Source of the DNA: an uncultured Chroococcidiopsis sp.
GTDB taxonomy: Bacteria; Cyanobacteriota; Cyanobacteriia; Cyanobacteriales; Chroococcidiopsidaceae
NCBI GenBank assembly: GCA_964248365.1
Contig: CAXTYC010000004.1
Coordinates: 192,001-256,000 of the forward strand
DNA: 64,000 bases
Reading direction: 5' to 3'
Part shown: one piece after another, positions 20,826 to 30,387 of the stretch
How the letters are laid out: each line of letters opens with the position of its first letter
Numbering within the stretch: position 1 is the stretch's first letter
The notes under the pieces: generated by a model
What the model was told of the DNA's origin: nothing
The model's database searches: none
The model's input: only the letters and a program-made list of their open reading frames with translations
Made by a program: the position numbers and the translations under genes

Positions 20826-22481
20826 ATGAGTGCATCTGCCTTTGCTGCTGAACGACTACTATTTACTCCAGCTACACCTGATACTGATGCAATACCTACT
20901 ATCTTTGCCTTCCCTAATGAATATAGTGTGGGCATTACCAGCTTAGGTTATCAAGTGGTGTGGGCAACTTTGGCAATGCGTTCTGATGTGCAAGTGAGTC
21001 GTTTATTTACTGATATTCACGAACAGCTACCGCGATCGGCTGGGTTAGTTGGCTTTTCCTGTTCCTGGGAGTTGGATTACGTCAATATCCTCAATTTACT
21101 AGAATTTTTGCAAATTCCGATTCGTAATAATGCTCGTTCCCAAACCGATCCTTTGATATTTGGTGGGGGATCGGTACTGACAGCAAATCCAGAACCCTTT
21201 GCAGACTTTTTCGACATCATTTTGTTAGGAGATGGGGAAAACCTGCTAGGAAATTTCATTGAAGCATATAAACAAGTTCGCCATGCTGACAGAAAAACTC
21301 AGCTACGCCATTTAGCACAAGTACCAGGAGTTTATGTTCCCAGTCTGTATGAGGTGACTTATGATGATCCTACTGGCTGTATCAAATCAATTGAACCAGT
21401 AGCAGCTGACATTCCAGCACAAGTTGAAAAGCAGACTTATCGCGGTAATACTTTATCAACTTCAACAGTTGTCACCGAGAAAGCAGCCTGGGAAAACATC
21501 TACATGGTGGAAGTGGTACGCAGTTGTCCAGAAATGTGTCGTTTTTGCCTTGCTAGTTATCTTACACTACCTTTTCGGACAGCAAGTGTAGATTCGTTAA
21601 TTGGGGCAATTGAGCGGGGATTAGCTGTTACCGATCGCATAGGCTTATTAGGAGCATCTGTAACTCAGCATCCTGAGTTTGAGTCTTTGCTTGATTACTT
21701 GAGTAAACCTGAATATAATCATGTTCGCCTGAGTATAGCCTCAGTACGCACAAATACAGTAACAGTGAAACTCGCACAGACTTTGGCAAAGCGAGATACG
21801 CGATCGCTTACCATTGCTGTAGAAAGTGGTTCAGCACATTTACGCCAAATTGTCAACAAAAAGCTAGATAACGATCAAATTATTCAAGCGGCGGTGAATG
21901 CTAAAGCAGGCGGTTTAAGTGGATTAAAACTCTATGGAATGGTGGGTATTCCAGGGGAAGAACCAGAGGATTTGGACGATACAGTAAAGATGATGCGAAG
22001 TCTCAAAAAAGCTGCACCTGGATTAAGGTTAACATTCGGATGTAGTACTTTTGTCCCCAAGGCGCATACACCATTTCAGTGGTTTGGGGTAAATTCCCAA
22101 GCAGAGAAACGGCTGCAATTTTTGCAGAAACAACTCAAACCCCAAGGAATTGATTTTCGCCCCGAAAGTTACAATTGGTCAGTGATTCAGGCTTTAATAT
22201 CTAGAGGCGATCGCCGTTTATCCCAATTGCTAGAATTAACAAGACATTATGGCGACTCTCTGGGTAGCTACCGTCGTGCTTTCAAGCAGCTACGTGGGCA
22301 ACTTCCCCAGTTAGACTTTTATGTTCACACCAATTGGTCAAAAACACAAGTCTTGCCTTGGAGTCATTTGCAAGCACCACTGTCTCAAGCTACATTACTC
22401 AAACATTTAGCAACTGCTGAGGAATTATTCAACTCATCAGTGCGTGAATCACCAGTTAGTGTCAACCTCCCAATAAAGTAG
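20826..22481 (+). CDS. B12-binding-domain-like radical SAM protein
   Basis: FPNEYSVGITSLG, CPEMCRFC (CxxxCxxC), FVPKAHTPFQW. Confidence 0.85.
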   Translation: MSASAFAAERLLFTPATPDTDAIPTIFAFPNEYSVGITSLGYQVVWATLAMRSDVQVSRLFTDIHEQLPRSAGLVGFSCSWELDYVNILNLLEFLQIPIRNNARSQTDPLIFGGGSVLTANPEPFADFFDIILLGDGENLLGNFIEAYKQVRHADRKTQLRHLAQVPGVYVPSLYEVTYDDPTGCIKSIEPVAADIPAQVEKQTYRGNTLSTSTVVTEKAAWENIYMVEVVRSCPEMCRFCLASYLTLPFRTASVDSLIGAIERGLAVTDRIGLLGASVTQHPEFESLLDYLSKPEYNHVRLSIASVRTNTVTVKLAQTLAKRDTRSLTIAVESGSAHLRQIVNKKLDNDQIIQAAVNAKAGGLSGLKLYGMVGIPGEEPEDLDDTVKMMRSLKKAAPGLRLTFGCSTFVPKAHTPFQWFGVNSQAEKRLQFLQKQLKPQGIDFRPESYNWSVIQALISRGDRRLSQLLELTRHYGDSLGSYRRAFKQLRGQLPQLDFYVHTNWSKTQVLPWSHLQAPLSQATLLKHLATAEELFNSSVRESPVSVNLPIK

Positions 22482-22551
22482 GGTGCGTTATTAACGCACC
22501 CTACAAAATTTAACCATCCAAGAAAGTAAGGTGGGCAATTGCCCACCCTAC
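22478..22551. repeat. Two GTAG-type REP-like palindromes
   Basis: GTAGGGTGCGTTA-T-TAACGCACCCTAC and GTAAGGTGGGCAATTGCCCACCCTAC. Confidence 0.75.
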
Positions 22552-22577
22552 AATAAAGGTAAGGATTATACCTAAGC

Positions 22578-22829
22578 TTACAGATCGTAGATTAGACACT
22601 CAACCGCTTCTGGATGAGCTTCACAGTAATTGTCTAATGAAGTTTTGGGCGAAGCTTTCGCTTCTCGATGAGACTTTTCTGCTTGTAGCTCTTCCACAAT
22701 ATCCCAAGCTACAGCACAATCACTAGAGGAGTTGCCCTTTGCTTCACAAGCAGCACGAGCTTGCTCAACGGCTTCTTGAATGGCTTGCTGTATTTTGGTA
22801 TTCTCAATATGGTTTACAGTGTTATTCAT
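22578..22829 (-). CDS. cp12: Calvin cycle regulatory protein CP12
   Basis: N-terminal Cys pair, AWDIVEEL core, C-terminal YCEAHPEAVECLIYD; AGGA RBS before ATG 22829. Confidence 0.92.
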   Translation of the reverse strand: MNNTVNHIENTKIQQAIQEAVEQARAACEAKGNSSSDCAVAWDIVEELQAEKSHREAKASPKTSLDNYCEAHPEAVECLIYDL

Positions 22830-23091
22830 CAAATCCTCTTTTGTGCTTGACAAGCACAATTCAAAGTACTACCAGCTTCTGAATCTTTACATCTGTGATG
22901 CTCTTACCTCCCATCTTATCCACCCTCAAACAGGATTGCAGGGGGGTAAAACCGTAATTTTGATAGACGGCTTTCCGTTGTTCACCGTTTTTTTCTGATT
23001 GCACCAAGAGACGAAAGATGAGAGAAAAGGACGTGAAACTCATACACAGCAAGAATAATGAAAACCATTCTTGTTGTGTTCCATCAAGTTG

Positions 23092-23171
23092 TGACAGCTT
23101 CTGACTTTAAGAAAGAGCGATCGCGCTGTGGCGAGAATCTCTTCGTCTGTAATAGTTTTATTACGGGGTAT
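23092..23171 (-). pseudogene. Remnant of a TetR-family N-terminus
   Basis: (I)PRNKTITDEEILATARSLFLK with ATA in place of ATG; similarity is lost after this segment. Confidence 0.5.
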
Positions 23172-23203
23172 TAAATTTGCGTTCAGTTCGAGGGAAAAAA
23201 TAG

Positions 23204-23390
23204 AAAAATCCCTCGGCTTCATGGGTGATCTGTAATGCACAATGGTTGGGAGGCGAAGGCTTGAAAAAATAAGTCAGCCAATTTCATCGTTATCTGTTTG
23301 TCCCAATATTAGAAGGATTTGGTTTGAAGGCTGACTTATTTTTTTTGCGCCAACTTCCAGATCTATTTTGTTAAAAGCCGAGGGATTTTT
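23204..23390. repeat. 187-bp element with nested inverted repeats (MITE-like)
   Basis: Outer IR AAAAATCCCTCGGCTT/AAGCCGAGGGATTTTT; inner IR AAAAAATAAGTCAGCC/GGCTGACTTATTTTTT. Confidence 0.65.
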
Positions 23391-23552
23391 AGACTTCGTG
23401 TTCAAGGTAGTTCGTGCGATATCTCACACAAGGTTATACCATTTTAGATTTTAGATTTTAGATAATAGAATTGGGGAATCCTCATCAGTAGCCCCACGTA
23501 GCAATTCGTTGGTAGCAGCCATAAAGCCAAATGGTATTAGATATTTTTACGT

Positions 23553-23999
23553 TCACAAAACGATGCCGTGTCGGGCGCGAATTTCAAGTATGGACTGTTC
23601 CTTTAGCCGAGAAAACTCCTCAACCGCCAGTTTCTTTTTCATGCGTAAGCTCTTGAAGATGATGCTGATAATGCGTGGAAGGCTAGCGAACCAGATGTTA
23701 ATTAACTTGAAGTACCCAATACCAGACAAAACATTGCGATGCTCAAGGCTAGCAACTGCACGATGCATTTCGCTGATTTTTGCCGTTGTAGCAAAGATCA
23801 TCCATATATGTACGGCGATTTCGTCTTCAATAGAAGTGCCACAATTAAACAAGATGTGAACTGCATCATGCTGCTCCAATGCCTGCCTTACCTCTGCCGA
23901 CATTTTGTTTGTCAGATCGGCTTCATGTTCTAATGCACACAATTTTTGAATGGCTTCGCCCAAAGTAATTGAAGTACCAAAACCAAATTGCTCATTCAT
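23553..23999 (-). CDS. Hypothetical protein with HDxxH...E motif (Coq4-like metal site)
   Basis: EQHDAVHILFNCGTSIEDE; GGAG RBS upstream. Confidence 0.6.
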   Translation of the reverse strand: MNEQFGFGTSITLGEAIQKLCALEHEADLTNKMSAEVRQALEQHDAVHILFNCGTSIEDEIAVHIWMIFATTAKISEMHRAVASLEHRNVLSGIGYFKLINIWFASLPRIISIIFKSLRMKKKLAVEEFSRLKEQSILEIRARHGIVL

Positions 24000-24575
24000 G
24001 GCAACGCTCCTATCACAAACTGCTTTGATTAACTATCGTCGGGCGATCGTTATGCTCTTAATGCTATTAAAATAGTACAAAAAAGTATTGGAGAAAGAGG
24101 GTATTAAAGTATACTAGGAGTGCTATTACATACAGCCGAACCGCCTTAGTTCAAATGTGATCTAGGGCGGTTCGGGATTGATATAGAGTTAGATATAGGG
24201 TGAGACACTAGACGTTTACTACCTAAAACCTCAGTTGGGTAGTAACCAAGTGAAGGAAACGACACAAACTTCACATCGTCTAGAGTCTGTATATGCACTG
24301 TCTGCACATATGCTGTCGCTTTGGTTCATGGCAGCTAAGGGTAAAATCGAATACCCATTCAGTACGTTTTTACTTACATTTACTAGAATAACACAACCAT
24401 TGAGTTTAGCGCTGTCGCTCTAAAGTGGAATTCCTATCGTCTGCAACTTAGACTTCTTTCAGCCATTTACATCTACCCTTGTGCTTATATTGCTGAAAAA
24501 ATGAAAGTAATTGGTAGTTGGTAGTTGGTAACAGCGCGCTTGGTAACTGATAACTGGTAACTGGTAACTGCTTTC

Positions 24576-25220
24576 TCAAAGCATAATTAAACCTTGTCTT
24601 GCTCCAAGGGTAACTGCTTCGGTGCGGCTAGAGGCGTTGAGCTTGGTGAATATAGATGAGACGTGGAACTTGACTGTATGCTCAGAGATGCCCAAACGTC
24701 GGGCGATCGCTTTGTTACCCAACCCCTGGGCTAACATACCCAAAACCTCAATTTCTCGCCCAGTCAACGCTTGCACTGGATTGGCATCATCAGGTCGAGT
24801 GGTAGAAGGTAATATAGGCAGCAGTGCATCCACTACTTCTGGGTGCAATACTACCAGCCCAGCCGCAGCAGCAACAACTGTATGCAAAATCTCTTCCGCT
24901 GTTGTCGAGCGCGGTAATACTGCTCTTACACCTAAGCGTAGCGCTTCGGTTATCCAGTCACCTGGGGGGGTATCGGCGAGGATAACAATTGCTACCACCC
25001 CCAAAGTGTTGAGTGTAACTAATTTCTCTGACACAGGTTCGTCATCTTGCAGCCCTAATTCTATTAGCACCACATCAGGCGAGTGTGCTGCTACCAAAGC
25101 AGCTAAGGTATCTGTATCAAATGCAATACCCACTACTGATAGATTGGGACTTGCTCGGAGAATGCTTTCCAACCCAGCACGTACAATCAAATCAGTAGCA
25201 ACGACCAGAACACTTGTCAC
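24576..25220 (-). CDS. NarL/LuxR-family response regulator with degenerate receiver domain
   Basis: LTGREIEVL...GNKAIARRLGISEHTVKFHVSSIFTKL HTH. GTG start overlaps the upstream stop (GTGA). Confidence 0.9.
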   Translation of the reverse strand: MTSVLVVATDLIVRAGLESILRASPNLSVVGIAFDTDTLAALVAAHSPDVVLIELGLQDDEPVSEKLVTLNTLGVVAIVILADTPPGDWITEALRLGVRAVLPRSTTAEEILHTVVAAAAGLVVLHPEVVDALLPILPSTTRPDDANPVQALTGREIEVLGMLAQGLGNKAIARRLGISEHTVKFHVSSIFTKLNASSRTEAVTLGARQGLIML

Positions 25221-26068
25221 GCCGCCTCCGCTCCGGTTTTGCCATTTTGCGATCGCACTGTGCAAGTCAGATGCTCAGCTCCACGCAGGAAATCAAGTTG
25301 CAGTGTATCCCCTGGGTTAATCTGCCCTAGTGCTTGTGCTAAGTCTGTAGTTGCTCGGAAAAATTGACCAGCAAACCCAATTAATACATCAAAAGTCTTT
25401 AGCCCTGCTGTTTGGGCTATGCTGCCTTGGTGTACTTCTAGGACTAACAAACCTAATATACGCTTACCTCTTAGTCGTACAAAAACGGGTTGGATCGTTA
25501 CCCCCAGTAATGGGCGTTCCTCATCCTGATGCACAAAACGCTCAACTGTATTGCTAGGTACAGCTAGAGCTAAACCGCCAGCAATTACAGTATTGATACC
25601 GATGACTCTACCTTGGGCATCTGCCAAAGAACCGCCAGAATTGCCTGGAGCTAGTCGAATATCTGCTTGTACCCATCTGCCTGGTGTATCATTGGGTGCG
25701 ATCGCATGAATAATTCCAGTCGTCAAAGCACCGACAGCACCCAGAGGATTGCCCACAGCTAGCACTAGTTCACCCACTCGGAGAGTATCACAGTTGCCTA
25801 TCGTCGCAGCTGGTAAATCGGTAGCATCAACTTTGATAAGGGCTAAATCCCGCTGGCGATCGCGCTTGATACATACAGCATCAAATACCCGTTTGTCTGA
25901 CAGTTCTACCGTCGCCCTCATACCTCTAACTACATGAGCGTTAGTGATGATTAAGCCGTTAGAGTCCCAGATCACCCCAGAACCGCCCCCAAACCTTTGA
26001 TGCACCTGGACAGTAGAACGGTTTAAATTTGCTGCTACCTTGGCTAATTCGTCATTTGGTGTAGCCAT
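25217..26068 (-). CDS. S1C (HtrA-like) trypsin serine protease with PDZ domain
   Basis: TNAHV, DLAL, GNSGG triad; C-terminal PDZ; no signal peptide. Confidence 0.9.
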   Translation of the reverse strand: MATPNDELAKVAANLNRSTVQVHQRFGGGSGVIWDSNGLIITNAHVVRGMRATVELSDKRVFDAVCIKRDRQRDLALIKVDATDLPAATIGNCDTLRVGELVLAVGNPLGAVGALTTGIIHAIAPNDTPGRWVQADIRLAPGNSGGSLADAQGRVIGINTVIAGGLALAVPSNTVERFVHQDEERPLLGVTIQPVFVRLRGKRILGLLVLEVHQGSIAQTAGLKTFDVLIGFAGQFFRATTDLAQALGQINPGDTLQLDFLRGAEHLTCTVRSQNGKTGAEAA

Positions 26069-26131
26069 ATTATTCCTTTGCCGCTGTAAAATTATTTACT
26101 AGTTGAGTAGCAAAAATACCGCTTGTGAATT

Positions 26132-27064
26132 TCAAAGCGGTCTTTCACCCACAGCGATCGCCACTTCAAGCAACGCCCCACCCCGAATAATCTGCACCTT
26201 GATGGTTTTACCCACAGATTCTGGATTTAACACTGCCTGCACATCTCCTGTATCACTCACAAACTTGCCATCTAGCTCCAGTAGTACATCCCCGATCAAA
26301 ATACCCGCGCGATCGGCAGGTCCATTTGGCTCAACATTGACAACAATCACCCCACCGTTACTTGCCAAATTCAAAGTATCCTTGAGGCGAGCGGGCAGTA
26401 GGATGGGCTGCATTCCCAAACCCAGGTAGCCCCGCGTAATGCGTCCTTTTTCCAGCAAGGTGTCAATCACGCGGTTAACTGTAGAAACGGGTATACCCAA
26501 AACCATGTTGCGAAGACCAGAGGTATTAATTCCTACAACATTGCCAGCTGCATCTACTAAGGAACCGCCGGAAAAGCCTGGGTAAAGCGTCAAATCCAGC
26601 CGCAAGAACTCGCCAAGCCCACCGCACCAACCACGCCAAGCACCACCTTTGGCACTGACTACCCCTAAACTCGCACTCAACCCGCTTTCACCTGGACGCG
26701 CTACAGCAAGTACCATATGACCGACTTTGAGCGATTGAGTATCACCAATTTCAGCTATGGGTAGAGACGCGGCTTGTGTTTCTATATCCTCTAATTTCAG
26801 TACAGCCAAATCGTTACTAGCATCCCGACCTACTAGATTTGCAGGTACTATGCGATTATCTGGTAGTCTGACAGTAATTTCCTCGTCACGCCTAACTGTA
26901 TGGTCAGCAGTGACGATTATGCCAGAACGCCAGTGAACGCCGCTTGAAGGTATACGGTGTCGGGCATTGACTGCAACGACAGCACGACCAGCCTTTTCTA
27001 CTGCATCAGCTAAATTATTCGAGAGAGTCAGCAACGTGCTGGGTATCTCGGATGATGATGACAT
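26132..27064 (-). CDS. S1C (HtrA-like) serine protease with PDZ domain, divergent paralog
   Basis: TADH, DLAV, PGFSGG; RGYLG PDZ; no signal peptide. Confidence 0.88.
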   Translation of the reverse strand: MSSSSEIPSTLLTLSNNLADAVEKAGRAVVAVNARHRIPSSGVHWRSGIIVTADHTVRRDEEITVRLPDNRIVPANLVGRDASNDLAVLKLEDIETQAASLPIAEIGDTQSLKVGHMVLAVARPGESGLSASLGVVSAKGGAWRGWCGGLGEFLRLDLTLYPGFSGGSLVDAAGNVVGINTSGLRNMVLGIPVSTVNRVIDTLLEKGRITRGYLGLGMQPILLPARLKDTLNLASNGGVIVVNVEPNGPADRAGILIGDVLLELDGKFVSDTGDVQAVLNPESVGKTIKVQIIRGGALLEVAIAVGERPL

Positions 27065-27256
27065 TTCATTCCTCCTTTCCCTTATGCCTTAATCGTGCCG
27101 GATTTCAGGAATGGATCACATCAGTGAAATGGGGAGAAAAGTACCTAGAAAAATGGCTAGGGACTAAGGGGCAGAGGAGAAAATCCAATCCAAAATCCAA
27201 AATTTAAAATCTAAAATCCAAAATTCCCTTTTCCCTTTTTCCTTTTCCCTAGCCTC

Positions 27257-27475
27257 TTAGGGAATTACGCGCTTTTCATGCCCAACAACAATATCTCTCA
27301 AGCCGCTGATAGAAGCTCTTAGGTCGCCAAAATCTCGTTCATGAGCAATTCTCAAGTCGTTGATAGAAGCTCTTAATTGGGCAATTTCCCGCTCGATGCG
27401 AGTCATGCACTCGTCACTAGCACTAATGAATTGCTCTAACAAAGCTTCAATCCTGTCGAGCCGATCTTGAGTTAT
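27257..27475 (-). pseudogene. Small coiled-coil hypothetical protein with an apparently mutated start codon
   Basis: (I)TQDRLDRIEALLEQF...RIEREIAQLRASINDLR heptad pattern; ATA at the expected start. Confidence 0.4.
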
Positions 27476-27618
27476 GAGGATTATGCTTAAGAAGCAGTCG
27501 GGCTAAAAATTATTATAACTGGGGCGATCGCCCCCAAGTCTTAGAGTCCAGTGTTAGACACTGCGATCGCGCTTTTCAGATGAGAGTAACAAATCACTTT
27601 TAGTTTGGCACTAACAGA

Positions 27619-28398
27619 TTATAATAATATTCTTTTTTCTCGTTCATTTAGACATTTTAGCTCTAGCAAAATAGGCAAGTCTTTAATAATTTTTGAACTT
27701 TGCCTGATAAAAGCACCAGACCACTCTTTTAACCAGTAAGTATGTAAATTACTAACACATTCTGTATCCCTACCTGAAAATGTTATTTCAGCAGAGTAGC
27801 TTATTTCAAATTTTTCTACCCCTTCAAAATTAGGACGAGCTAATTCCCAACAGCTTCTAGTTAATTCTACCCCTAGATAACTTGCGGTGAATTTACTTAT
27901 ATGATTGAGTACCTCTAAAAAATCTTTGATAGTATTCTCTTCCCCACGAACATTTACTGCATTATTATTTATTTTTGACGTGTCAGCAGTAATTGCTGGG
28001 GAAATTGAGATATACTTAAAATAATCCTTTGATAAAATTTGAAATGTTAGAATTGTATTATCAATATCTTCTTTCAGTACCTTCTGCAATTGCTTAGCTG
28101 CCACTAGCTTGATTGCTGGCACATCTTTAATGGTTAAAACTAAAAGGGTAACGGTAGGATTAATATTATAAGTATAAGCATAATAACCCTTTACAGGAAA
28201 TTCAAAAAAATCCAACTCAGAAGTTTTTACTAGATCTTCAACAATGCGTGTAATACTCCCAGTTAGACTTTGTTTTTCCTGTATAATTAGTTTATCCTTA
28301 AAATGGAGATATGATTTTAATTGTCCATCAATTAGGAAAATTCCTAAACCTACAACTCCTGGTAACTTTAAAAAATTACTGATAACATCTTGACTCAT
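27619..28398 (-). CDS. Hypothetical cyanobacterial protein (AT-rich gene)
   Basis: 259-aa ORF; MSQDVISNFLKLPGVVGL N-terminus resembles a conserved cyanobacterial hypothetical family. Confidence 0.65.
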   Translation of the reverse strand: MSQDVISNFLKLPGVVGLGIFLIDGQLKSYLHFKDKLIIQEKQSLTGSITRIVEDLVKTSELDFFEFPVKGYYAYTYNINPTVTLLVLTIKDVPAIKLVAAKQLQKVLKEDIDNTILTFQILSKDYFKYISISPAITADTSKINNNAVNVRGEENTIKDFLEVLNHISKFTASYLGVELTRSCWELARPNFEGVEKFEISYSAEITFSGRDTECVSNLHTYWLKEWSGAFIRQSSKIIKDLPILLELKCLNEREKRILL

Positions 28399-28753
28399 AA
28401 ACTAATACACTACATCTCTTGCAAAAGATACTTTGCAAAAAGCCTACTGATTGGCTCCAGGTATAATACTTATAGGTAAATTTAACTTTATTGCTATGCT
28501 TTTAATAACCGTAATTTTACGGAAAAACTGAGAATAATTAATTCTTCCTGTAGGAAAAATAAGTAAATTTATTTACTTGATTGGTGTCAAGTATTACCTA
28601 TTTTCTTTTCTACCCTCTGCCCCAGGGCAATTTCTGCTTCCCCTAGAGCAACAATGGGTAATCTTTGGGTGGGTAAGTAATAATACCCCCGTTCCCAAGC
28701 TAAGGCTAGAAACGGGTGGTTAAAAGGAATGACTTGTAAAACAATCTTTAAAT

Positions 28754-29308
28754 TTAGCGCTTACGGATAAATATTTGAGTGAAATAGTACTCACCTTTAG
28801 CATTCTTTGCAACACCAATACCAGTCATGTTGTAGTTACCCTCAATATTCTGGCGGTGTCCGGTACTATTTAACCAACCTTGAACTGCTTTAGTAGCTGG
28901 ATCAGAATAGCCCATATTGTAAGCGACATTTTCAGCTGCTGCTCTATAAGGAATCATTGTAGCGATCGCCGCGACTCGCTGTTGAAAGCCATCGTGACTA
29001 AAAGGAACTGCACCACTTGCCATATTTTGACTATGGGTTCTGGCAATATTACTAATACGTTCATCTATAGTAAGTGGTGGCAAGCCGCGCTGCTGTCGAT
29101 ATTGATTGATCTGAGTGTGTACTGCTTGTTCTATAGAGGCAAAGGGATTAGTAGTAGACCCAGCAATGTCAGTCGGGGTGGTTGTAGATAGAACCTGATG
29201 GTTTAAATTTGCATTGGAGATAGGAGCGGCATTAACTGAAATTCCTAGTGTTCCGGTTGCAAGGACAACTGAACTTAATGCTATTTGGGTGAACAAAGAT
29301 TGCTTCAT
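28754..29308 (-). CDS. Secreted CAP (SCP/YkwD-like) domain protein
   Basis: Signal peptide; INQYR..GLPPL, HSQNM, AENVAYN, WLNSTGHRQNI, TGIGV, YFTQIF. Confidence 0.9.
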   Translation of the reverse strand: MKQSLFTQIALSSVVLATGTLGISVNAAPISNANLNHQVLSTTTPTDIAGSTTNPFASIEQAVHTQINQYRQQRGLPPLTIDERISNIARTHSQNMASGAVPFSHDGFQQRVAAIATMIPYRAAAENVAYNMGYSDPATKAVQGWLNSTGHRQNIEGNYNMTGIGVAKNAKGEYYFTQIFIRKR

Positions 29309-29674
29309 TAAGCTAATTCCAACTATTAACTAAATTTTTCAGACAAGTCCAAATCAAAAAATGCCAAGCAGATTTACTGATAGCATCAAATTCGCTATCA
29401 AATATTTGCTTTTGCAATCAAAAACTTTGGAATTGCTGTAATTAACGTAGACGCAAGAAGCTTGCGGCTTCTCCTATGTCAACGCCTCAAGTAGCTTTAC
29501 ATAATTCAGCCACAAAATTAAGTTAACTTTAAATTTACTTTGCCACCAAGCGAATGTTTACTGATTTTTATATGGGCGTAATTCTACTGACAATTTGAGT
29601 CTAAGTATATATATAAATTAAGTTATATACTTGAAAATACGGTGGTTAAAAAGGCTTTACTTTGCTAATAAAAT

Positions 29675-30205
29675 TTACCACCAAGTACGGATAAATATTT
29701 GAGTGAAATAGTACTCACCCTTAGCATTTTTGACAACTCCAATTCCAGTTAAGTTATACTGCCCTTCAATATTGATCCGATGACCAGGGCTTTTAATCCA
29801 GCCTTCAACAGCCTGCTGCACTGGATTGCTATATCCTTTGTTAAAAGCGACATTTTCAGCCGCAGATCTGTAAGGAATTACGCGGTTAATTGTCTGGATG
29901 CGTTGCTCAAATCCACCATGCCCAAAAGGAACTTTACCATTTGCCATTGCCCTACTATGTAATCTTGCCTGTTCACTAATGCGCGGATCAAGAGTCAAAG
30001 GCGGTAAGTTGTGAGAGGCGCGATACTGGTTAATTTGTTGGTGAACGGACTGTTCCAAGGAAGTGGGACGAATGGTACTTGCAGTAGCAGCCTTCGATGA
30101 TGTTTTGTTAGCTGGTAGAATTTGACGAAATACAGAATTGCGATCGCAGCCTGTTAAGACACTAAAGACAAGCATCAGGGTGATCGCAGCATATAATTTT
30201 CCCAT
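29675..30205 (-). CDS. CAP domain lipoprotein
   Basis: Lipobox LTGC; same CAP motifs (AENVAFN, WIKSPGHRINI). Confidence 0.9.
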   Translation of the reverse strand: MGKLYAAITLMLVFSVLTGCDRNSVFRQILPANKTSSKAATASTIRPTSLEQSVHQQINQYRASHNLPPLTLDPRISEQARLHSRAMANGKVPFGHGGFEQRIQTINRVIPYRSAAENVAFNKGYSNPVQQAVEGWIKSPGHRINIEGQYNLTGIGVVKNAKGEYYFTQIFIRTWW

Positions 30206-30387
30206 TGCCTATTTTAGTTTATTGCGAACTTGATAATTGATAATTGTTCATTGATTATGCCTCTTGTTACTACGACGTGCGCTTGGTAACGAGGGGTAGG
30301 AGGAAAACAGAAATACATCAATCATAAGATAGAGGTGTTATTGTAGCTTTTATCACATCATCTTCATAGTATTTGAAGAAAGATTAA

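Noticed and set aside
22861..23052. 63-aa ORF as an IS1-like InsA fragment (KNG...QNY)
   Set aside because: Zn-finger cysteines and terminal repeats are missing; similarity too weak.
24205..24265. Glutamine (glnA) riboswitch resemblance (CGTTT...GAAGGAAACG)
   Set aside because: Lacks the P3 stem and CGGAAGUA junction and has no credible downstream gene; kept only as a generic ncRNA candidate.
24622..25320. 232-aa plus-strand ORF and the many other short antisense ORFs in the track
   Set aside because: Shadow ORFs fully overlapping well-supported genes on the opposite strand.
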